In this document: one piece after another, positions 10,531-25,500 of the stretch
How positions within the stretch are numbered: position 1 is the first letter of the stretch
Layout of the letters: every line of letters starts with the position of its first letter
Source of the DNA: Auanema rhodensis
Lineage: Eukaryota; Animalia; Nematoda
Direction: 5' to 3'
DNA: 64,000 bases
Assembly (NCBI GenBank): GCA_964057225.1
Contig: OZ059897.1
Coordinates: forward strand, 2,108,001-2,172,000
Translations under genes and position numbers: made by a program
The notes under the pieces: model-generated
The model's database searches: none
What the model saw: only the letters and a program-made list of their open reading frames with translations
What the model was told of the DNA's origin: nothing

Positions 10531-13500
10531 GATGCGGATTTTTAAGCTGCGTCGATCTGTGTTATCAGATTTGAGTTAGCTTAAAAATGCACCGAGATAT
10601 CAACTGATATATGTTCACACTTATATCCTCGATTTTCACCCTGAAGAAATGATTTTTTGGTTGAAAAACATTGTCCATCGTCTTCGTCTTGAAAAAAGGA
10701 ATCTAAAAACACCTACTTCTTGTGAAATTATTTAGAAATTTTTCGGGAAAATTTTTGTCAAAATGTTTTTGGAAGCAATGTTGAGTGTACATGGGAACTC
10801 AACATACACTAATGCATTATTTTTCAAACGATCATAACTAATTTCTGTAAATAGCGTTTCTCAATGTAGTATAGTGCATTCGATGCGGATTTTTAAGCTG
10901 CGTCGATCTGTGTTATCAGATTTGAGTTAGCTTAAAAATGCACCGAGATATCAACTGATATATGTTCACACTTATATCCTCGATTTTCACCCTGAAGAAA
11001 TAGTTTTTTCGTTGAAAAACATTGTCCATCGTCTTTGCCTTGAAAAAAGGAATCTAAAAACATCTACTTTTTGTGAAATTATTTAGAAATTTTTCGGGAA
11101 AATTTTTGTCAAAATGTTTTTGGAAGCAATGTTGAGTGTACATGGGAACTCAACATACACTAATGCATTATTTTTCAAACGATCATAACTAATTTTTGTA
11201 AATAGCGTTTCTCAAGGTAGTATAGTGCATTCGATGCGGATTTTTAAGCTGCGTCGATCTGTGTTATCAGATTTGAGTTAGCTTAAAAATGCACCGAGAT
11301 ATCAACTGATTTATGTTCACACTTATATCCTCGATTTTCACCCTGAAGAAATGATTTTTTCGTTGAATAACATTGTCCATCATCTTCGTCTTGAAAAAAG
11401 GAATCTAAAAACATCTACTTTTTGTGAAATTATTTAGAAATTTTTCGGGAAAATTTTTGTCAAAATGTTTTTGGAAGCAATGTTGAGTGTACATGGGAAC
11501 TCAACATACACTAATGCATTATTTTTCAAACGATCATAACTAATTTTTGTAAATAGCGTTTCTCAAGGTAGTATAGTGCATTCGATGCGGATTTTTAAGC
11601 TGCGTCGATCTGTGTTATCAGATTTGAGTTAGCTTAAAAATGCACCGAGATATCAACTGATATATGTTCACACATATATCCTCGATTTTCACCCTGAAGA
11701 AATGATTTTTTCGTTGAATAACATTGTCCATCGTCTTCGTCTTGAAAGAAGGAATCTAAAAACATCTACTTTTTGTGAAATTATTTAGAACTTTTTCGGG
11801 AAAATTTTTGTCAAAATGTTTTTGGAAGCAATGTTGAATGTACATGGGAACTCAACATACACTAATGCATTATTTTTCAAACGATCATAACTTATTTTTG
11901 TATAGAGCGTTTCTCAATGTAGTATAGTGCATTCGATGCGGATTTTTAAGCTGCGTCGATCTGTTTTATCAGATTTGAGTTAGCTTAAAAATGCACCGAG
12001 ATATCAACTGATATATGTTCACACTTATATCCTCGACTTTCACCCTGAAGAAATGATTTTTTCGTTGAATAACATTGTCCATCGTCTTCGTCTTGAAAAA
12101 AGGAATCTAAAAACATCTACTTTTTGTGAAATTATTTAGAAATTTTTCGGGAAAATTTTTGTCAAAATGTTTTTGGAAGCAATGTTGAGTGTACATGGGA
12201 ACTCAACATACACTAATGCATTATTTTTCAAACGATCATAACTTATTTTTGTATAGAGCGCTTCTCAATGTAGTATAGTGCATTCGATGCGGATTTTTAA
12301 GCTGCGTCGATCTGTGTTATCAGATTTGAGTTAGCTTAAAAATGCACCGAGATATCAACTGATATATGTTCACACTTATATCCTCGACTTTCACCCTGAA
12401 GAAATGATTTTTTCGTTGAATAACATTGTCCATCGTCTTCGTCTTGAAAAAAGGAATCTAAAAACATCTACTTTTTGTGAAATTATTTAGAAATTTTTCG
12501 GGAAAATTTTTGTCAAAATGTTTTTGGAAGCAATGTTAAGTGTACATGGGAACTCAACATACACTAATGCATTATTTTTCAAACGATCATAACTTATTTT
12601 TGTATAGAGCGTTTCTCAATGTAGTATAGTGCATTCGATGCGGATTTTTAAGCTGCGTCGATCTGTGTTATCAGATTTGAGTTAGCTTAAAAAAGCACCG
12701 AGATATCAACTGATATATGTTCACACTTATATCCTCGACTTTCACCCTGAAGAAATGATTTTTTCGTTGAATAACATTGTCCATCGTCTTCGTCTTGAAA
12801 AAAGGAATCTAAAAACATCTACTTTTTGTGAAATTATTTAGAAATTTTTCGGGAAAATTTTTGTCAAAATGTTTTTGGAAGCAATGTTGAGTGTACATGG
12901 GAACTCAACATACACTAATGCATTATTTTTCAAACGATCATAACTAATTTTTGTAAATAGCGTTTCTCAAGGTAGTATAGTGCATTCGATGCGGATTTTT
13001 AAGCTGCGTCGATCTGTGTTATCAGATTTGAGCTAGCTTAAAAATGCACCGAGATATCAACTGATATATGTTCACACTTATATCCTCGATTTTCACCCTG
13101 AAGAAATGATTTTTTCGTTGAATAACATTGTCCATCGTCTTCGTCTTGAAAAAAGGAATCTAAAAACATCTACTTTTTGTGAAATTATTTAGAAATTTTT
13201 CGGGAAAATTTTTGTCAAAATGTTTTTGGAAGCAATGTTGAGTGTACATGGGAACTCAACATACACTAATGCATTATTTTTCAAACGATCATAACTAATT
13301 TTTGTAAATAGCGTTTCTCAAGGTAGTATAGTGCATTCGATGCGGATTTTTAAGCTGCGTCGATCTGTGTTATCAGATTTGAGTTAGCTTAAAAATGCAC
13401 CGAGATATCAACTGATATATGTTCACACTTATATCCTCGATTTTCACCCTGAAGAAATGATTTTTTGGTTGAAAAACATTGTCCATCGTCTTCGTCTTGA

Positions 13501-16500
13501 AAAAAGGAATCTAAAAACACCTACTTCTTGTGAAATTATTTAGAAATTTTTCGGGAAAATTTTTGTCAAAATGTTTTTGGAAGCAATGTTGAGTGTACAT
13601 GGGAACTCAACATACACTAATGCATTATTTTTCAAACGATCATAACTAATTTCTGTAAATAGCGTTTCTCAATGTAGTATAGTGCATTCGATGCGGATTT
13701 TTAAGCTGCGTCGATCTGTGTTATCAGATTTGAGTTAGCTTAAAAATGCACCGAGATATCAACTGATATATGTTCACACTTATATCCTCGATTTTCACCC
13801 TGAAGAAATGATTTTTTCGTTGAATAACATTGTCCATCGTCTCTGTCTTGAAAAAAGAAATCTAAAAACATCTACTTTTTGTGAAATTATTTAGAAATTT
13901 TTCGGGAAAATTTTTGTCAAAATGTTTTTGGAAGCAATGTTGAGTGTACATGGGAACTCAACATACACTAATGCATTATTTTTCAAACGATCATAACTAA
14001 TTTTTGTATAGAGCGTTTCTCAATGTAGTATAGTGCATTCGATGCGGATTTTTAAGCTGCGTTGATCTGTGTTATCAGATTTGAGTTAACTTAAAAATGC
14101 ACCGAGATATCAACTGATATAGGTTCACACTTATATCCTCGATTTTCACCCTGAAGAAGTAGTTTTTTCGTTGAAAAACATTGTCCATCGTCTTTGTCAT
14201 GAAAAAAGGAATCTAAAAACATCTACTTTTTAAGAAATTATATAGAAATTTTTCGGGAAAATTTTTGTCAAAATGTTTTTGGAAGCAATGTTGAGTGTAC
14301 ATGGGAACTCAACATACACTAATGCATTATTTTTCAAACGATCATAACTTATTTTTGTATAGAGCGTTTCTCAATGTAGTATAGTGCATTCGATGCGGAT
14401 TTTTAAGTTGCGTTGATCTGTGTTATCAGATTTGAGTTAGCTTAAAAATGCACCGAGATATCAACTGATTTATGTTCACACTTATATCCTCGATTTTCAC
14501 CCTGAAGAAATAGTTTTTTCGTTGAAAAACATTGTCCATCGTCTTTGCCTTGAAAAAAGGAATCTAAAAACATCTACTTTTTGTGAAATTATTTAGAAAT
14601 TTTTTGGGAAAATTTTTGTCAAAATGTTTTTGGAAGCAATGTTGAGTGTACATGGGAACTCAACATACACTAATGCATTATTTTTCAAACGATCATAACT
14701 TATTTTTGTATAGAGCGTTTCTCAATGTAGTATAGTGCATTCGATGCGGATTTTTAAGCTGCGTCGATCTGTGTTATCAGATTTGAGTTAGCTTAAAAAT
14801 GCACCGAGATATCAACTGATATATGTTCACACTTATATCCTCGACTTTCACCCTGAAGAAATGATTTTTTCGTTGAATAACATTGTCCATCGTCTTCGTC
14901 TTGAAAAAAGGAATCTAAAAACATCTACTTTTTGTGAAATTATTTAGAAATTTTTCGGGAAAATTTTTGTCAAAATGTTTTTGGAAGCAATGTTGAGTGT
15001 ACATGGGAACTCAACATACACTAATGCATTATTTTTCAAACGATCATAACTTATTTTTGTATAGAGCGTTTCTCAATGTAGTATAGTGCATTCGATGCGG
15101 ATTTTTAAGCTGCGTCGATCTGTGTTATCAGATTTGAGTTAGCTTAAAAATGCACCGAGATATCAACTGATATATGTTCACACTTATATCCTCGATTTTC
15201 ACCCTGAAGAAATGATTTTTTCGTTGAATAACATTGTCCATCGTCTTCGTCTTGAAAAAAGGAATCTAAAAACATCTACTTTTTGTGAAATTATTTAGAA
15301 ATTTTTCGGGAAAATTTTTGTCAAAATGTTTTTGGAAGCAATGTTGAGTGTACATGGGAACTCAACATACACTAATGCATTATTTTTCAAACGATCATAA
15401 CTTATTTTTGTATAGAGCGTTTCTCAATGTAGTATAGTGCATTCGATGCGGATTTTTAAGTTGCGTTGATCTGTGTTATCAGATTTGAGTTAGCTTAAAA
15501 ATGCACCGAGATATCAACTGATTTATGTTCACACTTATATCCTCGATTTTCACCCTGAAGAAATGATTTTTTCGTTGAATAACATTGTCCATCATCTTCG
15601 TCTTGAAAAAAGGAATCTAAAAACATCTACTTTTTGTGAAATTATTCAGAAATTTTTCGGGAAAATTTTTGTCAAAATGTTTTTGGAAGCAATGTTGAGT
15701 GTACATGGGAACTCAACATACACTAATGCATTATTTTTCAAACGATCATAACTTATTTTTGTATAGAGCGTTTCTCAATGTAGTATAGTGCATTCGATGC
15801 GGATTTTTAAGCTGCGTCGATCTGTGTTATCAGATTTGAGTTAGCTTAAAAATGCACCGAGATATCAACTGATATATGTTCACACTTATATCCTCGACTT
15901 TCACCCTGAAGAAATGATTTTTTCGTTGAATAACATTGTCCATCGTCTTCGTCTTGAAAAAAGGAATCTAAAAACATCTACTTTTTGTGAAATTATTTAG
16001 AAATTTTTCGGGAAAATTTTTGTCAAAATGTTTTTGGAAGCAATGTTGAGTGTACATGGGAACTCAACATACACTAATGCATTATTTTTCAAACGATCAT
16101 AACTAATTTTTGTAAATAGCGTTTCTCAAGGTAGTATAGTGCATTCGATGCGGATTTTTAAGCTGCGTCGATCTGTGTTATCAGATTTGAGCTAGCTTAA
16201 AAATGCACCGAGATATCAACTGATATATGTTCACACTTATATCCTCGATTTTCACCCTGAAGAAATGATTTTTTCGTTGAATAACATTGTCCATCGTCTT
16301 CGTCTTGAAAAAAGGAATCTAAAAACATCTACTTTTTGTGAAATTATTTAGAAATTTTTCGGGAAAATTTTTGTCAAAATGTTTTTGGAAGCAATGTTGA
16401 GTGTACATGGGAACTCAACATACACTAATGCATTATTTTTCAAACGATCATAACTAATTTTTGTAAATAGCGTTTCTCAAGGTAGTATAGTGCATTCGAT

Positions 16501-19500
16501 GCGGATTTTTAAGCTGTGTCGATCTGTGTTATCAGATTTGAGTTAGCTTAAAAATGCACCGAGATATCAACTGATATATGTTCACACTTATATCCTCGAT
16601 TTTCACCCTGAAGAAATGATTTTTTGGTTGAAAAACATTGTCCATCGTCTTCGTCTTGAAAAAAGGAATCTAAAAACACCTACTTCTTGTGAAATTATTT
16701 AGAAATTTTTCGGGAAAATTTTTGTCAAAATGTTTTTGGAAGCAATGTTGAGTGTACATGGGAACTCAACATACACTAATGCATTATTTTTCAAACGATC
16801 ATAACTAATTTCTGTAAATAGCGTTTCTCAATGTAGTATAGTGCATTCGATGCGGATTTTTAAGCTGCGTCGATCTGTGTTATCAGATTTGAGTTAGCTT
16901 AAAAATGCACCGAGATATCAACTGATATATGTTCACACTTATATCCTCGATTTTCACCCTGAAGAAATAGTTTTTTCGTTGAAAAACATTGTCCATCGTC
17001 TTTGCCTTGAAAAAAGGAATCTAAAAACATCTACTTTTTGTGAAATTATTTAGAAATTTTTTGGGAAAATTTTTGTCAAAATGTTTTTGGAAGCAATGTT
17101 GAGTGTACATGGGAACTCAACATACACTAATGCATTATTTTTCAAACGATCATAACTTATTTTTGTATAGAGCGTTTCTCAATGTAGTATAGTGCATTCG
17201 ATGCGGATTTTTAAGCTGCGTCGATCTGTGTTATCAGATTTGAGTTAGCTTAAAAATGCACCGAGATATCAACTGATATATGTTCACACTTATATCCTCG
17301 ACTTTCACCCTGAAGAAATGATTTTTTCGTTGAATAACATTGTCCATCGTCTTCGTCTTGAAAAAAGGAATCTAAAAACATCTACTTTTTGTGAAATTAT
17401 TTAGAAATTTTTCGGGAAAATTTTTGTCAAAATGTTTTTGGAAGCAATGTTGAGTGTACATGGGAACTCAACATACACTAATGCATTATTTTTCAAACGA
17501 TCATAACTTATTTTTGTATAGAGCGTTTCTCAATGTAGTATAGTGCATTCGATGCGGATTTTTAAGCTGCGTTGATCTGTGTTATCAGATTTGAGTTAGC
17601 TTAAAAATGCACCGAGATATCAACTGATATATGTTCACACTTATATCCTCGATTTTCACCCTGAAGAAATGATTTTTTCGTTGAATAACATTGTCCATCG
17701 TCTTCGTCTTGAAAAAAGGAATCTAAAAACATCTACTTTTTGTGAAATTATTTAGAAATTTTTCGGGAAAATTTTTGTCAAAATGTTTTTGGAAGCAATG
17801 TTGAGTGTACATGGGAACTCAACATACACTAATGCATTATTTTTCAAACGATCATAACTAATTTCTGTAAATAGCGTTTCTCAATGTAGTATAGTGCATT
17901 CGATGCGGATTTTTAAGCTGCGTCGATCTGTGTTATCAGATTTGAGTTAGCTTAAAAATGCACCGAGATATCAACTGATATATGTTCACACTTATATCCT
18001 CGATTTTCACCCTGAAGAAATAGTTTTTTCGTTGAAAAACATTGTCCATCGTCTTTGCCTTGAAAAAAGGAATCTAAAAACATTTACTTTTTGTGAAATT
18101 ATTTAGAAATTTTTCGGGAAAATTTTTGTCAAAATGTTTTTGGAAGCAATGTTGAGTGTACATGGGAACTCAACATACACTAATGCATTATTTTTCAAAC
18201 GATCATAACTTATTTTTGTATAGAGCGTTTCTCAATGTAGTATAGTGCATTCGATGCGGATTTTTAAGCTGCGTCGATCTGTGTTATCAGATTTGAGTTA
18301 GCTTAAAAATGCACCGAGATATCAACTGATATATGTTCACACTTATATCCTCGATTTTCACCCTGAAGAAATGATTTTTTCGTTGAATAACATTGTCCAT
18401 CGTCTTCGTCTTGAAAAAAGGAATCTAAAAACATCTACTTTTTGTGAAATTATTTAGAAATTTTTCGGGAAAATTTTTGTCAAAATGTTTTTGGAAGCAA
18501 TGTTGAGTGTACATGGGAACTCAACATACACTAATGCATTATTTTTCAAACGATCATAACTTATTTTTGTATAGAGCGTTTCTCAATGTAGTATAGTGCA
18601 TTCGATGGGGATTTTTAAGCTGCGTCGATCTGTGTTATCAGATTTGAGTTAGCTTAAAAATGCACCGAGATATCAACTGATATATGTTCACACTTATATC
18701 CTCGATTTTCACCCTGAAGAAATGATTTTTTCGTTGAATAACATTGTCCATCGTCTCTGTCTTGAAAAAAGGAATCTAAAAACATCTACTTTTTGTGAAA
18801 TTATTTAGAAATTTTTCGGGAAAATTTTTGTCAAAATGTTTTTGGAAGCAATGTTGAGTGTACATGGGAACTCAACATACACTAATGCATTATTTTTCAA
18901 ACGATCATAACTTATTTTTGTATAGAGCGTTTCTCAATGTAGTATAGTGCATTCGATGCGGATTTTTAAGCTGCGTCGATCTGTGTTATCAGATTTGAGT
19001 TAGCTTAAAAATGCACCGAGATATCAACTGATATATGTTCACACTTATATCCTCGATTTTCACCCTGAAGAAATGATTTTTTCGTTGAATAACATTGTCC
19101 ATCGTCTCTGTCTTGAAAAAAGGAATCTAAAAACATCTACTTTTTGTGAAATTATTTAGAAATTTTTCGGGAAAATTTTTGTCAAAATGTTTTTGGAAGC
19201 AATGTTGAGTGTACATGGGAACTCAACATACACTAATGCATTATTTTTCAAACGATCATAACTTATTTTTGTATAGAGCGTTTCTCAATGTAGTATAGTG
19301 CATTCGATGCGGATTTTTAAGTTGCGTTGATCTGTGTTATCAGATTTGAGTTAGCTTAAAAATGCACCGAGATATCAACTGATTTATGTTCACACTTATA
19401 TCCTCGATTTTCACCCTGAAGAAATGATTTTTTCGTTGAATAACATTGTCCATCATCTTCGTCTTGAAAAAAGGAATCTAAAAACATCTACTTTTTGTGA

Positions 19501-22500
19501 AATTATTTAGAAATTTTTCGGGAAAATTTTTGTCAAAATGTTTTTGGAAGCAATGTTGAGTGTACATGGGAACTCAACATACACTAATGCATTATTTTTC
19601 AAACGATCATAACTTATTTTTGTATAGAGCGTTTCTCAATGTAGTATAGTGCATTCGATGCGGATTTTTAAGCTGCGTCGATCTGTGTTATCAGATTTGA
19701 GTTAGCTTAAAAATGCACCGAGATATCAACTGATATATGTTCACACTTATATCCTCGACTTTCACCCTGAAGAAATGATTTTTTCGTTGAATAACATTGT
19801 CCATCGTCTTCGTCTTGAAAAAAGGAATCTAAAAACATCTACTTTTTGTGAAATTATTTAGAAATTTTTCGGGAAAATTTTTGTCAAAATGTTTTTGGAA
19901 GCAATGTTGAGTGTACATGGGAACTCAACATACACTAATGCATTTTTTTTCAAACGATCATAACTAATTTTTGTAAATAGCGTTTCTCAAGGTAGTATAG
20001 TGCATTCGATGCGGATTTTTAAGCTGCGTCGATCTGTGTTATCAGATTTGAGCTAGCTTAAAAATGCACCGAGATATCAACTGATATATGTTCACACTTA
20101 TATCCTCGATTTTCACCCTGAAGAAATGATTTTTTCGTTGAATAACATTGTCCATCGTCTTCGTCTTGAAAAAAGGAATCTAAAAACATCTACTTTTTGT
20201 GAAATTATTTAGAAATTTTTCGGGAAAATTTTTGTCAAAATGTTTTTGGAAGCAATGTTGAGTGTACATGGGAACTCAACATACACTAATGCATTATTTT
20301 TCAAACGATCATAACTAATTTTTGTAAATAGCGTTTCTCAAGGTAGTATAGTGCATTCGATGCGGATTTTTAAGCTGTGTCGATCTGTGTTATCAGATTT
20401 GAGTTAGCTTAAAAATGCACCGAGATATCAACTGATATATGTTCACACTTATATCCTCGATTTTCACCCTGAAGAAATGATTTTTTGGTTGAAAAACATT
20501 GTCCATCGTCTTCGTCTTGAAAAAAGGAATCTAAAAACACCTACTTCTTGTGAAATTATTTAGAAATTTTTCGGGAAAATTTTTGTCAAAATGTTTTTGG
20601 AAGCAATGTTGAGTGTACATGGGAACTCAACATACACTAATGCATTATTTTTCAAACGATCATAACTTATTTTTGTATAGAGCGTTTCTCAATGTAGTAT
20701 AGTGCATTCGATGCGGATTTTTAAGCTGCGTCGATCTGTGTTATCAGATTTGAGTTAGCTTAAAAATGCACCGAGATATCAACTGATATATGTTCACACT
20801 TATATCCTCGATTTTCACCCTGAAGAAATGATTTTTTCGTTGAATAACATTGTCCATCGTCTCTGTCTTGAAAAAAGGAATCTAAAAACATCTACTTTTT
20901 GTGAAATTATTTAGAAATTTTTCGGGAAAATTTTTGTCAAAATGTTTTTGGAAGCAATGTTGAGTGTACATGGGAACTCAACATACACTAATGCATTATT
21001 TTTCAAACGATCATAACTTATTTTTGTATAGAGCGTTTCTCAATGTAGTATAGTGCATTCGATGCGGATTTTTAAGTTGCGTTGATCTGTGTTATCAGAT
21101 TTGAGTTAGCTTAAAAATGCACCGAGATATCAACTGATTTATGTTCACACTTATATCCTCGATTTTCACCCTGAAGAAATGATTTTTTCGTTGAATAACA
21201 TTGTCCATCATCTTCGTCTTGAAAAAAGGAATCTAAAAACATCTACTTTTTGTGAAATTATTTAGAAATTTTTCGGGAAAATTTTTGTCAAAATGTTTTT
21301 GGAAGCAATGTTGAGTGTACATGGGAACTCAACATACACTAATGCATTATTTTTCAAACGATCATAACTTATTTTTGTATAGAGCGTTTCTCAATGTAGT
21401 ATAGTGCATTCGATGCGGATTTTTAAGCTGCGTCGATCTGTGTTATCAGATTTGAGTTAGCTTAAAAATGCACCGAGATATCAACTGATATATGTTCACA
21501 CTTATATCCTCGACTTTCACCCTGAAGAAATGATTTTTTCGTTGAATAACATTGTCCATCGTCTTCGTCTTGAAAAAAGGAATCTAAAAACATCTACTTT
21601 TTGTGAAATTATTTAGAAATTTTTCGGGAAAATTTTTGTCAAAATGTTTTTGGAAGCAATGTTGAGTGTACATGGGAACTCAACATACACTAATGCATTA
21701 TTTTTCAAACGATCATAACTAATTTTTGTAAATAGCGTTTCTCAAGGTAGTATAGTGCATTCGATGCGGATTTTTAAGCTGTGTCGATCTGTGTTATCAG
21801 ATTTGAGTTAGCTTAAAAATGCACCGAGATATCAACTGATATATGTTCACACTTATATCCTCGATTTTCACCCTGAAGAAATGATTTTTTGGTTGAAAAA
21901 CATTGTCCATCGTCTTCGTCTTGAAAAAAGAAATCTAAAAACACCTACTTCTTGTGAAATTATTTAGAAATTTTTCGGGAAAATTTTTGTCAAAATGTTT
22001 TTGGAAGCAATGTTGAGTGTACATGGGAACTCAACATACACTAATGCATTATTTTTCAAACGATCATAACTAATTTCTGTAAATAGCGTTTCTCAATGTA
22101 GTATAGTGCATTCGATGCGGATTTTTAAGCTGCGTCGATCTGTGTTATCAGATTTGAGTTAGCTTAAAAATGCACCGAGATATCAACTGATATATGTTCA
22201 CACTTATATCCTCGATTTTCACCCTGAAGAAATAGTTTTTTCGTTGAAAAACATTGTCCATCGTCTTTGCCTTGAAAAAAGGAATCTAAAAACATCTACT
22301 TTTTGTGAAATTATTTAGAAATTTTTTGGGAAAATTTTTGTCAAAATGTTTTTGGAAGCAATGTTGAGTGTACATGGGAACTCAACATACACTAATGCAT
22401 TATTTTTCAAACGATCATAACTTATTTTTGTATAGAGCGTTTCTCAATGTAGTATAGTGCATTCGATGCGGATTTTAAAGCTGCGTCGATCTGTGTTATC

Positions 22501-25500
22501 AGATTTGAGTTAGCTTAAAAATGCACCGAGATATCAACTGATATATGTTCACACTTATATCCTCGACTTTCACCCTGAAGAAATGATTTTTTCGTTGAAT
22601 AACATTGTCCATCGTCTTCGTCTTGAAAAAAGGAATCTAAAAACATCTACTTTTTGTGAAATTATTTAGAAATTTTTCGGGAAAATTTTTGTCAAAATGT
22701 TTTTGGAAGCAATGTTGAGTGTACATGGGAACTCAACATACACTAATGCATTATTTTTCAAACGATCATAACTTATTTTTGTATAGAGCGTTTCTCAATG
22801 TAGTATAGTGCATTCGATGCGGATTTTTAAGCTGCGTTGATCTGTGTTATCAGATTTGAGTTAGCTTAAAAATGCACCGAGATATCAACTGATATATGTT
22901 CACACTTATATCCTCGATTTTCACCCTGAAGAAATGATTTTTTCGTTGAATAACATTGTCCATCGTCTTCGTCTTGAAAAAAGGAATCTAAAAACATCTA
23001 CTTTTTGTGAAATTATTTAGAAATTTTTCGGGAAAATTTTTGTCAAAATGTTTTTGGAAGCAATGTTGAGTGTACATGGGAACTCAACATACACTAATGC
23101 ATTATTTTTCAAACGATCATAACTAATTTCTGTAAATAGCGTTTCTCAATGTAGTATAGTGCATTCGATGCGGATTTTTAAGCTGCGTCGATCTGTGTTA
23201 TCAGATTTGAGTTAGCTTAAAAATGCACCGAGATATCAACTGATATATGTTCACACTTATATCCTCGATTTTCACCCTGAAGAAATAGTTTTTTCGTTGA
23301 AAAACATTGTCCATCGTCTTTGCCTTGAAAAAAGGAATCTAAAAACATCTACTTTTTGTGAAATTATTTAGAAATTTTTCGGGAAAATTTTTGTCAAAAT
23401 GTTTTTGGAAGCAATGTTGAGTGTACATGGGAACTCAACATACACTAATGCATTATTTTTCAAACGATCATAACTTATTTTTGTATAGAGCGTTTCTCAA
23501 TGTAGTATAGTGCATTCGATGCGGATTTTTAAGCTGCGTCGATCTGTGTTATCAGATTTGAGTTAGCTTAAAAATGCACCGAGATATCAACTGATATATG
23601 TTCACACTTATATCCTCGATTTTCACCCTGAAGAAATGATTTTTTCGTTGAATAACATTGTCCATCGTCTTCGTCTTGAAAAAAGGAATCTAAAAACATC
23701 TACTTTTTGTGAAATTATTTAGAAATTTTTCGGGAAAATTTTTGTCAAAATGTTTTTGGAAGCAATGTTGAGTGTACATGGGAACTCAACATACACTAAT
23801 GCATTATTTTTCAAACGATCATAACTTATTTTTGTATAGAGCGTTTCTCAATGTAGTATAGTGCATTCGATGGGGATTTTTAAGCTGCGTCGATCTGTGT
23901 TATCAGATTTGAGTTAGCTTAAAAATGCACCGAGATATCAACTGATATATGTTCACACTTATATCCTCGATTTTCACCCTGAAGAAATGATTTTTTCGGT
24001 GAATAACATTGTCCATCGTCTCTGTCTTGAAAAAAGGAATCTAAAAACATCTACTTTTTGTGAAATTATTTAGAAATTTTTCGGGAAAATTTTTGTCAAA
24101 ATGTTTTTGGAAGCAATGTTGAGTGTACATGGGAACTCAACATACACTAATGCATTATTTTTCAAACGATCATAACTTATTTTTGTATAGAGCGTTTCTC
24201 AATGTAGTATAGTGCATTCGATGCGGATTTTTAAGCTGCGTTGATCTGTGTTATCAGATTTGAGTTAACTTAAAAATGCACCGAGATATCAACTGATATA
24301 GGTTCACACTTATATCCTCGATTTTCACCCTGAAGAAGTAGTTTTTTCGTTGAAAAACATTGTCCATCGTCTTCGTCATGAAAAAAGGAATCTAAAAATA
24401 TCTACTTTTTAAGAAATTATATAGAAATTTTTCGGGAAAATTTTTGTCAAAATGTTTTTGGAAGCAATGTTGAGTGTACATGGGAACTCAACATACACTA
24501 ATGCATTATTTTTCAAACGATCATAACTTATTTTTGTATAGAGCGTTTCTCAATGTAGTATAGTGCATTCGATGCGGATTTTTAAGTTGCGTTGATCTGT
24601 GTTATCAGATTTGAGTTAGCTTAAAAATGCACCGAGATATCAACTGATATATGTTCACACTTATATCCTCGATTTTCACCCTGAAGAAATGATTTTTTCG
24701 TTGAATAACATTGTCCATCGTCTCTGTCTTGAAAAAAGGAATCTAAAAACATCTACTTTTTGTGAAATTATCTAGAAATTTTTCGGGAAAATTTTTGTCA
24801 AAATGTTTTTGGAAGCAATGTTGAGTGTACATGGGAACTCAACATACACTAATGCATTATTTTTCAAACGATCATAACTAATTTTTGTATAGAGCGTTTC
24901 TCAATGTAGTATAGTGCATTCGATGCGGATTTTTAAGCTGCGTCGATCTGTGTTATCAGATTTGAGTTAGCTTAAAAATGCACCGAGATATCAACTGATA
25001 TATGTTCACACTTATATCCTCGACTTTCACCCTGAAGAAATGATTTTTTCGTTGAATAACATTGTCCATCGTCTTCGTCTTGAAAAAAGGAATCTAAAAA
25101 CATCTACTTTTTGTGAAATTATTTAGAAATTTTTCGGGAAAATTTTTGTCAAAATGTTTTTGGAAGCAATGTTGAGTGTACATGGGAACTCAACATACAC
25201 TAATGCATTATTTTTCAAACGATCATAACTAATTTTTGTAAATAGCGTTTCTCAAGGTAGTATAGTGCATTCGATGCGGATTTTTAAGCTGCGTCGATCT
25301 GTGTTATCAGATTTGAGCTAGCTTAAAAATGCACCGAGATATCAACTGATATATGTTCACACTTATATCCTCGATTTTCACCCTGAAGAAATGATTTTTT
25401 CGTTGAATAACATTGTCCATCGTCTTCGTCTTGAAAAAAGGAATCTAAAAACATCTACTTTTTGTGAAATTATTTAGAAATTTTTCGGGAAAATTTTTGT